64,000 nucleotides of DNA. Origin: a virus. Taxonomy: Duplodnaviria > Caudoviricetes. The notes below the pieces were generated by a model, which did not search any database, was not told the origin of the DNA, and saw nothing but the letters and a program-made list of their open reading frames with translations. Position 1 is the first letter of the stretch; every line of letters starts with the position of its first letter. Both the position numbers and the translations under genes were made by a program. Shown here one piece after another: positions 55,458-64,000 of this stretch. The stretch is from IMG/VR virus record IMGVR_UViG_3300021963_000022; one strand, given 5' to 3'.

Positions 55458-56911
55458 AACAATGTAAAATAATTGTCAAAGACGAAGTTAATGTAAAAAT
55501 AGAAGGACTTGATTTATCGGAACGAAAAACTCTGATGAAGATGTTTGAATATGAAATACCCGGAGCAAGGTATCTACCTGCAGTCAGACTAGGTAGATGG
55601 AATGGTAAGGTTAGTTACTTCAGTTTAGCCGGAAGTACATACATTAACCTGTTACCAGAAATATTACCAGTACTGGATCGTATTGGATATGATATTGACT
55701 TAGAAGACCTAAGAGACTATACTACAACCTTTACTTTTGACAAAGTTTCAGAGGATACATTCAAACATAAGAACTGGCCTAAAGGTCATCCACAAGAAGG
55801 TAAGCCAGTAGTACTACGTGACTATCAAATTGAAATTGTTAATAACTTCCTAGAGAACCCACAGTCATTGCAAGAGATTGCTACAGGTGCAGGTAAGACA
55901 TTGATGACTGCCGCACTAAGCTATAGTATTGAGAAGTATGGACGTAGTATTGTTATCGTTCCAAACAAATCATTAGTAACACAGACAGAGGCAGACTACA
56001 TTAATCTAGGATTAGATGTTGGTGTATACTTTGGTGATCGTAAAGAATACAACAAGACACATACCATATGCACTTGGCAGAGTTTAAATAACATGCTTAA
56101 GAAAACAAAGAGTGGTGAAGCTGAAGTAGAGATCGGTGACTTCATTGAAGATGTAGTTTGTGTTATGGTCGATGAAGTTCACATGGCTAAAGCTGACGCA
56201 CTCAAAACATTACTTACAAGTGTATTTGCTAAAGTGCCCATTCGTTGGGGCTTAACAGGAACTATCCCTAAAGCTAAGTTTGAAGCACAAAGTATCTTTG
56301 TTAGTTTGGGCAATGTGATTGGTAAACTATCAGCAAGTGAATTGCAAGATCAGGGTGTATTAGCACGTTGTCACGTTAATATTATGCAATTACAAGATGG
56401 GAAAGAGTTTACTAACTATCAGAGTGAATTGAAACACTTACTAGAAGATAGTGAACGATTAGATAAGATTGCTAGTTTAATCAGTGGTATCAATAATACA
56501 GGCAATACATTGATCCTTGTTGATAGGGTTAATGCAGGAAAAGAGATTGTTAATAGATTACCCGGTAGTGTATTTGTTAGCGGTGCTACCAATATGAATG
56601 AAAGGAAAGAAGAATATGACGAAGTTGCAACCTCAAGTAATAAAATTATTGTGGCAACATATGGTGTGGCTGCTGTTGGTATCAACATACCTAGGATTTT
56701 TAATCTGGTTCTCATTGAACCTGGAAAATCATTCGTCCGTGTTATCCAAAGCATCGGTCGAGGAATTCGTAAAGCAGAAGATAAAGACCATGTACAAATC
56801 TACGACATAACCAGTAGTTGTAAGTTTGCTAAACGGCACTTGACCCAACGTAAGACTTTTTATAAAGAAGCTAATTACCCTTTCGACTTAGAAAAGTTGA
56901 CATACAGATAA
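55454..56911 (+). CDS. uvsW: SF2 DNA helicase, UvsW-like
   Basis: LRDYQ, ATGAGKT, VDEVH, GLTGT, G.NIP and QSIGRGIR motifs. Confidence 0.92.
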   Translation: MKQCKIIVKDEVNVKIEGLDLSERKTLMKMFEYEIPGARYLPAVRLGRWNGKVSYFSLAGSTYINLLPEILPVLDRIGYDIDLEDLRDYTTTFTFDKVSEDTFKHKNWPKGHPQEGKPVVLRDYQIEIVNNFLENPQSLQEIATGAGKTLMTAALSYSIEKYGRSIVIVPNKSLVTQTEADYINLGLDVGVYFGDRKEYNKTHTICTWQSLNNMLKKTKSGEAEVEIGDFIEDVVCVMVDEVHMAKADALKTLLTSVFAKVPIRWGLTGTIPKAKFEAQSIFVSLGNVIGKLSASELQDQGVLARCHVNIMQLQDGKEFTNYQSELKHLLEDSERLDKIASLISGINNTGNTLILVDRVNAGKEIVNRLPGSVFVSGATNMNERKEEYDEVATSSNKIIVATYGVAAVGINIPRIFNLVLIEPGKSFVRVIQSIGRGIRKAEDKDHVQIYDITSSCKFAKRHLTQRKTFYKEANYPFDLEKLTYR

Positions 56912-56931
56912 GATTGTGATAGAATAACAAC

Positions 56932-57432
56932 ATGAGAATTTTAACATTAGAAGACCGTTTTTATAACTTAGAAACATTACCCGAAGAAGTAGACGATTTG
57001 CGTTTTGCTATACTAGACAATAGTAATCCACAAAACGTTGACTATCATTACATACCATTAATATTCTTAGAATCATTTAATAGTCCTGCATTAGTATTAC
57101 GAATTGGTGATAAACAAATTAAGATGCCGGTAGATTGGCAAATACTTATCGGTGAACCTGACATGGGTGACTTAGAAACATTACCTTTAACTAGTATCAA
57201 TGACAGAGGATTCAAAGCATTTGAATTCAACCCATTGAGTGCATTCAGACCTAGCTTTCAGGATATTGACATTGTAGATATTTACCAAGATGTAACATGG
57301 TATGCACCTCGATTAAAGAACGGACAATTCTTATGTGTGCCTATTGATGATGGCCCAAAACCACGATGTGTATTTTTTGTAAAAGAAATTAGTCGAAACT
57401 GTGAAATAGTAGACTATTCAATGGCTTTCTGA
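56932..57432 (+). CDS. Hypothetical beta-rich protein (possible degenerate Hint fold)
   Basis: 166 aa. Leaderless promoter TTGACA-17 nt-TAGAAT at 56897-56925. Fold call is speculative. Confidence 0.7.
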   Translation: MRILTLEDRFYNLETLPEEVDDLRFAILDNSNPQNVDYHYIPLIFLESFNSPALVLRIGDKQIKMPVDWQILIGEPDMGDLETLPLTSINDRGFKAFEFNPLSAFRPSFQDIDIVDIYQDVTWYAPRLKNGQFLCVPIDDGPKPRCVFFVKEISRNCEIVDYSMAF

Positions 57433-57489
57433 TGATAGACTGGGAATTTGTTCAAGTTAGTTCATTGGAGTCAAAGCGTAGAAGAAATA

Positions 57490-58080
57490 ATGGCAACTAA
57501 AAAGAGTACCCCTATTGATGAAAAATTTGTAGCACAAGACTTTGACTTGTTTGATGCACTTACAGCTATGGACAAGAAAGACTATGGTTATTATGATAGG
57601 CTAACAGAAGAACAACAAAAAAAGTTTGTTCCCTATATGATGACACATTGGATGAGTGCTATAAAAGCATCAGGTGAGTTGGGTGCATATTATGTAATGA
57701 GTACAGAGTGTGCGGCAAACAAACATCTGTTCAATGAATATGTACAGAGGCATCCTAAACTACAATGGATGATGTTATGTGCGGCCAGCCCTGGCATGGG
57801 TAAGCAATTCCATCAGTGGATACCTCACATGTCTGGCAAAGTTTCATCGTTAAAAGAACCAGCTAAAGCAAAAGACATTAAAGAATACTACAGTAAAGTA
57901 TACAAAGGTGCATCTAGTGATGATCTATCTGCCATCACAGAAGCATTTATAGATGACAACAAAAAAAAATGTTATCTAGCACAAATTTATCCTCATCTCA
58001 AACTATCTGACATAGAATTATTAAGCCAATTAATTACACATGCCGACATTGAAAAGTACGAAAGAAGCCGAGGAAACTAA
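57490..58080 (+). CDS. Possible clamp-loader small subunit (T4 gp62-like)
   Basis: Helical pattern with HPKLQW..LC...GKQFHQW, in a replication context. Start set at ATG 57490. Confidence 0.45.
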   Translation: MATKKSTPIDEKFVAQDFDLFDALTAMDKKDYGYYDRLTEEQQKKFVPYMMTHWMSAIKASGELGAYYVMSTECAANKHLFNEYVQRHPKLQWMMLCAASPGMGKQFHQWIPHMSGKVSSLKEPAKAKDIKEYYSKVYKGASSDDLSAITEAFIDDNKKKCYLAQIYPHLKLSDIELLSQLITHADIEKYERSRGN

Positions 58081-58759
58081 ATCGGTTAAGCACAGTTGTG
58101 AGTTTTGTAGCAGGGAGTTTATAAAAGAACGGACTCTGCTTACTCATATATGTGAGACTAAACATCGTTGGTTAGAAAAAGACAAGCAAAGCAATCGTAT
58201 TGCATATCAGTCCTTTGTACAGTTCTATACCAAACACACCGCAACTAAAAAGACAAAGACTCAGCTAGAGTTTATTAAGAGTCCATACTATATTGCATTT
58301 GCAAAGTTTGGAACATATTGTGTAGATACAAATTGCATCAACATCAGCAGGTATGTTGATTGGTTATTGCGAGACCAAATCAAGCTTGATAATTGGGCAA
58401 CTGACACTAACTATACTAAATTTTTGCAAGAGTATGTTAGAGTTGAGGATGCGTATGATGCAATTACTCGTAGTGTTCAGTATACAATTGAATTAGCACA
58501 AGCAGAACATATACTACCTCATGATATTCTAAGATATGGTAACGTAAATAAGATTTGTTATGCAATTACAACTGGTAAGATTAGTCCTTGGATGTTGTAT
58601 CAGAGTGACAGTGGTGTACATTTCTTAGACACATTAAATTCGGATCATGTTAAAATGATTATTGATTATATTAATCCAGAACAATGGACGTTAAAGTTTA
58701 GACGTGAGCCAGAACTTGTTACACAAATCAAGGAGTTATTGAATGCAGGCGGGTACTAG
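58040..58759 (+). CDS. Protein with N-terminal zinc finger
   Basis: CEFCSREF...LLTHIC (C2H2/C2HC-like). Confidence 0.7.
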   Translation: MPTLKSTKEAEETKSVKHSCEFCSREFIKERTLLTHICETKHRWLEKDKQSNRIAYQSFVQFYTKHTATKKTKTQLEFIKSPYYIAFAKFGTYCVDTNCINISRYVDWLLRDQIKLDNWATDTNYTKFLQEYVRVEDAYDAITRSVQYTIELAQAEHILPHDILRYGNVNKICYAITTGKISPWMLYQSDSGVHFLDTLNSDHVKMIIDYINPEQWTLKFRREPELVTQIKELLNAGGY

Positions 58760-58940
58760 GGTTCGCATTCCATGGCAAACAAATCATGACATTCCTACAT
58801 GGAATCAAAAATGTGCATGGGCGGTAGAGACATTTGGTTTGCCCGGAGATAAGTTTGATACACATGCAACAGAAGATTATATGGATTTTTACTTTAAGGA
58901 TGAGCGTGATGCTATTCATTTTGAGTTAAGATGGGGATAA
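58743..58940 (+). CDS. F-x-L-x-W family small protein
   Basis: Ends FYFKDERDAIHFELRWG. Confidence 0.75.
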   Translation: MQAGTRVRIPWQTNHDIPTWNQKCAWAVETFGLPGDKFDTHATEDYMDFYFKDERDAIHFELRWG

Positions 58941-58941
58941 T

Positions 58942-59157
58942 ATGGCTGATGTTATCCTATACATTACTGCTAAAAGAACTATGGAAATAGGCCATGAGTT
59001 ACGAAACATGGGTTGGATACAGGGTGTTGATTTTGATTATGCTTACTACCAAGAGAAGTATGACAACTTTAGCCATGACCCTATTGTAAAACGACATGCA
59101 AGATTTACCTTTTACAATGATAGCAATGCTAGTTATTTTGCATTGAGGTGGACATAG
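58942..59157 (+). CDS. F-x-L-x-W family small protein
   Basis: Ends FTFYNDSNASYFALRWT. Confidence 0.75.
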   Translation: MADVILYITAKRTMEIGHELRNMGWIQGVDFDYAYYQEKYDNFSHDPIVKRHARFTFYNDSNASYFALRWT

Positions 59158-59420
59158 TGGAGTTAATATTAGAAGAAGGTTTGATATTTGGGTCAAAATA
59201 TTATACTGCTTATCCTAGTTTTGATTGGGTATTAAATAATAAAAAGTCCAATCAATATTGGATACTAATGGAAGATTGGTGTATTGACACCTTTGGTCGC
59301 AGTGGCACCGATAATATGCCCGGAGTATATACTCCTAACGCACGATGGTATATTAACAACAGCAAGTTTTGGTTTAAAGAACAAAAAGATTTAGAATGGT
59401 TTCTACTAAAATGGCAGTGA
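59148..59420 (+). CDS. F-x-L-x-W family small protein
   Basis: Ends FWFKEQKDLEWFLLKWQ. GTG start. Confidence 0.75.
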   Translation: MDIVELILEEGLIFGSKYYTAYPSFDWVLNNKKSNQYWILMEDWCIDTFGRSGTDNMPGVYTPNARWYINNSKFWFKEQKDLEWFLLKWQ

Positions 59421-59632
59421 TCATAAAGGTTTACAAACCATGGGCATTAGTGTTACATTTACTGATAGAGAATGTAGGACCTATGTTACATAGTAACCCT
59501 ATAATCTTTTGGCATGGTAAAGGGTGGCATATGACATTTCATCCCGAGGTTGTTACTCAAGGTGAATCATATTGTAACATTCAATTTGATAGAGAAGCAG
59601 ACGCAATATGGTTTTCATTACGATGGGTTTAG
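59411..59632 (+). CDS. F-x-L-x-W family small protein
   Basis: Ends IQFDREADAIWFSLRWV. Confidence 0.7.
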   Translation: MAVIIKVYKPWALVLHLLIENVGPMLHSNPIIFWHGKGWHMTFHPEVVTQGESYCNIQFDREADAIWFSLRWV

Positions 59633-60493
59633 ATGATTATGAATAAGATTGGTGTTGATATTGGTAAAACAAAAATTGAGTGTTGTGTGTTATCAACTAC
59701 AAATGAGGTATTGTTTAGAGAACGTCTTCCTACAGGTTCTGTATACGAAGAAATAGAAGTTCTTTATAATAAAGCTATACTGTATACTAATACAACAGAA
59801 CATACATTGGGAGTATGTATGCCGGGATCCATAAGCAATAGAACCGGTTTAATGATAAATTCTAGCATAGGATTTTTAAACGATACAGATTTTGTAGGTA
59901 TGTTGGAAACTAGATTAAATCGTAAGATACAAATTGCCAACGATAGTCAATGTTTTGCTTTAGCAGAATCATTGTTAGGGGTAGGCAATGGATATAATAC
60001 TGTATTCGGAATGATATTAGGTACGGGTGTGGGAGGCGGCATAGTGATTAATGGAATGCTACATAAAGGATTTCATAACATAAGTTGTGAATGGGGACAT
60101 ACAACATTAGACCCTAGTAACAATATAATGTGTCGTTGCGGTAGAATTGGATGTGTAGAAACTTGGTTAAGCGGATCAGGAATTGACACATGGGCATACA
60201 ATCTTACAAATAAAAAACTATCCACAAAAGAATATATGGAAATGACAGAGATACAAGAATGTTTTTTAAATAAGTTTGGGTTGGCAGTTTCTAATTTAGT
60301 TCAAGTATTAGACCCGGATTGTATTGTAATTGGCGGAGGAATCAGTAATAATGATATATTATTCACTCAAGGCATTGAATCTGTTAAAAAGAATATATTC
60401 AATGATGAATTCAACACACCTATATATAGAGCAAAATTAGGTGACAGTGCAGGTGTAATTGGAGCGGCATTATTATGGCAAATGACATTATGA
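59633..60493 (+). CDS. ROK-family sugar kinase (fructokinase-like)
   Basis: GVDIGKTK, ANDSQCFALAE, LGTGVGGG, EWGH, C.CGR.GC.E and GDSAGVIGAA motifs. Confidence 0.92.
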   Translation: MIMNKIGVDIGKTKIECCVLSTTNEVLFRERLPTGSVYEEIEVLYNKAILYTNTTEHTLGVCMPGSISNRTGLMINSSIGFLNDTDFVGMLETRLNRKIQIANDSQCFALAESLLGVGNGYNTVFGMILGTGVGGGIVINGMLHKGFHNISCEWGHTTLDPSNNIMCRCGRIGCVETWLSGSGIDTWAYNLTNKKLSTKEYMEMTEIQECFLNKFGLAVSNLVQVLDPDCIVIGGGISNNDILFTQGIESVKKNIFNDEFNTPIYRAKLGDSAGVIGAALLWQMTL

Positions 60494-61038
60494 TTGACAT
60501 TGAAAGTTTAGATACAACACCTAACTGTGTTATCTTAACCATCGGTGCGGTACGATTCGATCCTAAAGGTAGTGGCGTAGTTGAACGATTAGAACTACGT
60601 CCTACAGTAGAGGATCAAACAGAAATATATAACAGGAGTATCAATGAAGATACATTACGATGGTGGAGTGAGCAGAGCCCTGAAGCACTTGAAGAAGCTA
60701 TGGGAGACGGGGGACGTTTGCCATTTAGCGAGTGCATGGAGACTCTTTATAAGTTCTGTTGGAACCGTCGTGCTGTTTGGAGTAATGGTGCATCATTTGA
60801 TTGTGTAGTTATGGAGTCTGCTTGGAGACAAACATCAGACAAACCTAATCCTATCCCCTGGCCTTTCTGGACAGTTAGAGATACACGTACATTATATGAA
60901 ATTGCAGGTGTTAGTCTTAAAGACGGTGGGCATTCTACTAGTCACAAAGCAGTAGAAGATGCTGAACGTCAGGCTATTGTTGTACAAAAAGCGTATACTA
61001 AATTAATTAAAGCAGGCCTAGTTGCACCACCTAAATGA
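60475..61038 (+). CDS. DEDDh 3'-5' exonuclease (stand-alone)
   Basis: MIDIESL (ExoI), SNGASFD (ExoII), RDTRT and HKAVEDA (ExoIII). Confidence 0.88.
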   Translation: MANDIMIDIESLDTTPNCVILTIGAVRFDPKGSGVVERLELRPTVEDQTEIYNRSINEDTLRWWSEQSPEALEEAMGDGGRLPFSECMETLYKFCWNRRAVWSNGASFDCVVMESAWRQTSDKPNPIPWPFWTVRDTRTLYEIAGVSLKDGGHSTSHKAVEDAERQAIVVQKAYTKLIKAGLVAPPK

Positions 61039-61640
61039 AATTTAATTCAGACATTGATATTGACTTTGGTGACCGAGATAAGATATTAAGTCTTATCAAG
61101 CATACGCCTGCGGCAATGCGTAAGGTTAATCCTATTCGTAAACATGCAACAGGTGTTCACGTGACTAATATACCCTACGATGCTATCAATGATATGGCTA
61201 ACATCGATTATTCTGAGGCAGAACAACGTGGATATCTCAAATTAGATATGTTAAATGTTTATGTTTATAACTATGTTAGAAGTGAAGAACATCTAAAGTG
61301 CTTAATGTGTGAACCTGATTGGGATAAGTTAAAGGATGCAAAGTTTGTAGAAAACTTGATTCACTTAAACAATCACTACAATAGCATTAAGAAAATGAAA
61401 GAACCTATAGATAGCATCCCTAGACTAGCTATGTTCTTGTCTATCATTCGTCCTGCAAAGAAACACTTAATTGGTTTAACGTGGGCTGAAGTTGCAAAAA
61501 CTGTATGGGATAAAGGCACTGATGGGTATAGTTTTAAGAAAAGTCACGCAATTGCATATGCTCATTTAGTTGTCGTACATATGAATTTGATTGATGAATT
61601 AGGGTATCCTCTTGACCAGGGTAATACTTTTACGCTTTGA
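61035..61640 (+). CDS. Miniature DnaE-like (family C DNA polymerase catalytic core) protein
   Basis: DIDIDF, RKHATGV, GYLKLDML, IIRPA and GYSFKKSHAIAYA occur in the DnaE order within 201 aa. Confidence 0.8.
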   Translation: MKFNSDIDIDFGDRDKILSLIKHTPAAMRKVNPIRKHATGVHVTNIPYDAINDMANIDYSEAEQRGYLKLDMLNVYVYNYVRSEEHLKCLMCEPDWDKLKDAKFVENLIHLNNHYNSIKKMKEPIDSIPRLAMFLSIIRPAKKHLIGLTWAEVAKTVWDKGTDGYSFKKSHAIAYAHLVVVHMNLIDELGYPLDQGNTFTL

Positions 61641-61979
61641 CTTACGTTTGCTTAGTTCTAACATGCTACATATAGGACCATGTAATATAGTCAGACTCTT
61701 ATTGTTAAATGTTCTTAGATAGGGTTTAAAGATCATCCAATCTTCTTTTAAGAACATATTAATGGGCACTAATCTATTAGATTCCCACCACCATATATCC
61801 CCTAGTTCTAAGAATTTTTCTCGTATTACTTGGTCTATAATAGATCCATAGTCGTAGATGGTAGTTACTACATCATCTCTATTTTGAACTATGCCTACAT
61901 AATCTTGGCCTGCGTATGAGCAGACCGTTATAAAGGGGTGGTTCTCGGTTAGTCGTTTGAAAAAGTCGTTATGAAGCAT
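61599..61979 (-). CDS. Hypothetical protein
   Basis: 126 aa. Minus-strand TAAATA at 61981-61986 and 61998-62003. Converges on the mini-DnaE gene. Confidence 0.75.
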   Translation of the reverse strand: MLHNDFFKRLTENHPFITVCSYAGQDYVGIVQNRDDVVTTIYDYGSIIDQVIREKFLELGDIWWWESNRLVPINMFLKEDWMIFKPYLRTFNNKSLTILHGPICSMLELSKRKSKRKSITLVKRIP

Positions 61980-62059
61980 TTATTTAGTTCTCGGAAGTAT
62001 TTATTCGGGCAAAAATGTCTTTATATTATTTGTCATAAATATGATAAAGGAGTCTCATT

Positions 62060-62821
62060 TTGTATTCAACAAATGTTTATTATTACACACAACGTCAAAC
62101 AGTAGTGTTGTATTCCGGCTCTAGCAATAGGAGATATGATATCGTGTATGCAAAAGATTTAACCCTAAACAAGGGCGTGGAAAACAAGATTCAGTTTCAG
62201 TTCCTAAACCAAGAACAGAAACCAGTAAATATTACCGGTAAAACTATCTCTTTTAGACTTATCAAATATGATGGTTCTATGGTATATTTTAGTAAGCAAT
62301 TAACCAATTTATTGCCATTGACTGGTATAACTCAATTAGAGCTAGATGCTACTGATATTGTAGATGTAGAACCTCAAATGTGTTTCTATTCACTAGAGGT
62401 AGTAGAGGGAACTGCACATACAGCTGCCTTTGTTAGTCCCGATGCAAATGCACGTGGTACAGTAAAAGTTATTGATAGTGTATTACCAGGATATATTAAT
62501 ACTATTCCTGTAACTATCCCAAGTCACGCACCCATAAGCAATGTAGGTGTAACATTCTACAGCAGTGTATTCAGCACATACGACAATCCATTATTCACAG
62601 ATATATTGGGTGTGCAAATGTCATTGGACAACTTTACCGGCGATGTAGTAATACAAGGATCTACTATCCCAAATGGTGATTGGTATAACATACACGAAGC
62701 AAATACATTTGCAAACGCAACCGAAAGTTTATATTTCTTATGTGAGGGATACCATCCTTACGTAAGGGCACAATATGCTAACGTAACAACTGGTGATATT
62801 ACTAGTCTGGTTGTCCGTTAA
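62060..62821 (+). CDS. Late, beta-rich (probably virion) protein
   Basis: TTG start behind AAGGAG, and TAAATA at 62036-62041. Confidence 0.6.
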   Translation: MYSTNVYYYTQRQTVVLYSGSSNRRYDIVYAKDLTLNKGVENKIQFQFLNQEQKPVNITGKTISFRLIKYDGSMVYFSKQLTNLLPLTGITQLELDATDIVDVEPQMCFYSLEVVEGTAHTAAFVSPDANARGTVKVIDSVLPGYINTIPVTIPSHAPISNVGVTFYSSVFSTYDNPLFTDILGVQMSLDNFTGDVVIQGSTIPNGDWYNIHEANTFANATESLYFLCEGYHPYVRAQYANVTTGDITSLVVR

Positions 62822-62859
62822 AAATTGACTTACATCTAAAAACATGCTACAATACTAGT

Positions 62860-63834
62860 ATGTTTGATATTCTATCTCTGATACCGGGTAAACGTAAACT
62901 AACACACAGTGGTTGGTACAGCTTCAATGCGGCGTGTTGTAGTCATCGTGGTCATAAACAAGATAAACGTCATAGGGGCGGAATTAAATTCGATGGCCCT
63001 ACTAATTGGACCTATCATTGTTTTAACTGTAGCTTTAGCTGTAACTTTACATTAGGTAAAACAATTACCCCTAAAGCAAAACAACTACTAACATGGTTAG
63101 GTGTTGATACTGACCAAATACAAAAGTGGAGCTTAGAAAGTCTAGCACATAAAGACATATTAGATTTCACTCAGCCCAAACGAATAAATTTCAAAATGAA
63201 ATTCAAGGATCATCAATTGCCTGATGGTGATTTGATTGATCCTAATAATCCAGCGCACAAAGTATACATAGACTATCTAAGTAAACGCAAGATAAATTAT
63301 AATGACTACCCCTTCTTAGTAACTCCTCGTGAGTTTGGTAGAATGTCACAACGTATTGTTATCCCTTATACATATAAGAATAAAATCGTTGGTCACACTA
63401 GTAGATTCTTAGACAACAAAATCCCCAAATACATTAACGAACAACAACCCGGTTACGTATTCAATATTGATATACAGAAGAATCAATGGAGTGTGTGTAT
63501 ATTGACAGAAGGTATATTTGACGCATTAAGCATTGACGGTATCGCAGTTATGCACGATGACATTAGCAATGACCAAGCACAATTAATATCAACATTAAAT
63601 AAACAAATTATTGTAGTTCCTGACAGAGATAAGACAGGACTAAAGATGTGTGACAGAGCATTAGAATTGGGTTATCAAGTTAGCTTACCTAATTGGGAAG
63701 CTGATATCAAAGATGTTAATGATGCTGTAGTAAGATATGGGAAGTTACCAACCCTAATGAGTATACTACAGAGTGCAACAAATAGTAAAATTAAAATAGA
63801 AATGAACAGGAAGAAAATTGCTAAAGGACTATAA
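62860..63834 (+). CDS. DNA primase (zinc-binding plus TOPRIM)
   Basis: Cys cluster (ACC...YHCFNC), LTEGIFDAL and PDRDKTG (DxD). Leaderless promoter TTGACT-17 nt-TACAAT at 62825-62853. Confidence 0.9.
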   Translation: MFDILSLIPGKRKLTHSGWYSFNAACCSHRGHKQDKRHRGGIKFDGPTNWTYHCFNCSFSCNFTLGKTITPKAKQLLTWLGVDTDQIQKWSLESLAHKDILDFTQPKRINFKMKFKDHQLPDGDLIDPNNPAHKVYIDYLSKRKINYNDYPFLVTPREFGRMSQRIVIPYTYKNKIVGHTSRFLDNKIPKYINEQQPGYVFNIDIQKNQWSVCILTEGIFDALSIDGIAVMHDDISNDQAQLISTLNKQIIVVPDRDKTGLKMCDRALELGYQVSLPNWEADIKDVNDAVVRYGKLPTLMSILQSATNSKIKIEMNRKKIAKGL

Positions 63835-64000
63835 CGTAGACGTACAAAGATTGTTTTTGCAGATGATGTTAACTAATTCGGAATTGTATACCCGAGTTAT
63901 GAACATTATGAACGCTGACAACTTTGATAAATCGATAAGACCAGTCGCTGAGTTTATGAAAGAATACAGCGAGAAGTATAGTATACTTCCGGATATATCA
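63818..64000 (+). CDS. Probable replicative DnaB/gp41-like helicase, 3'-truncated
   Basis: TTG start behind AGGAAG, overlapping the primase stop. (M)LKDYNVDVQRLFLQMML... is open to the window end. Only the N-terminus is visible, so the call rests on position. Confidence 0.6.
   Translation, partial: MLKDYNVDVQRLFLQMMLTNSELYTRVMNIMNADNFDKSIRPVAEFMKEYSEKYSILPDIS

Noticed and set aside
43825-56911. Inteins, introns or homing endonucleases in terL, uvsX, uvsW or thyA
   Set aside because: All are of normal length with contiguous motifs. No LAGLIDADG, HNH or GIY-YIG ORF was recognised.
58743-59632. One recoded or frameshifted gene (stop-codon reassignment)
   Set aside because: The four ORFs are in different frames and each ends with a complete copy of the same motif. 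Long conserved genes are intact under code 11, and TAG is used as a real stop.

Overview
A 64-kb AT-rich segment of a large T4-like (myovirus-type) phage genome in the standard genetic code, densely coding and mostly on the + strand. In order it holds: baseplate/tail structural genes (1-7.7 kb); a ~16-kb glycan synthesis/modification island (glycosyltransferase-like genes, radical SAM, kinase, nucleotidyltransferase, carbamoyltransferase, methyltransferase, a split ADP-heptose module) interrupted by a circularly permuted two-piece tmRNA gene; a minus-strand tail-fibre module; early-promoter cassettes with a MoxR-like AAA ATPase and a VWA partner; thyA; spanin-like lysis genes; head-associated genes and the terminase large subunit; and a T4-like replication/recombination block (gp32-like SSB, UvsX/RecA, UvsY, UvsW, exonuclease, primase, start of a helicase). 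The most striking observations are: (1) a protein just upstream of the terminase whose N-terminal 72 aa align without gaps to the core of eukaryotic ubiquitin; (2) a 201-aa DnaE-like protein that keeps all catalytic motifs through internal deletions, next to a stand-alone DEDDh exonuclease; (3) the permuted tmRNA, with an RBS-bearing small ORF in its intervening segment, an atypical tag (ANDSQFLLAANA) and a structured candidate sRNA just downstream; (4) systematic leaderless promoters and a repeated TTGACAATAAAT early-promoter cassette; (5) an expanded family of tiny proteins ending in an F-x-L-x-W motif. All product calls come from motif recognition by eye; no database search was run.
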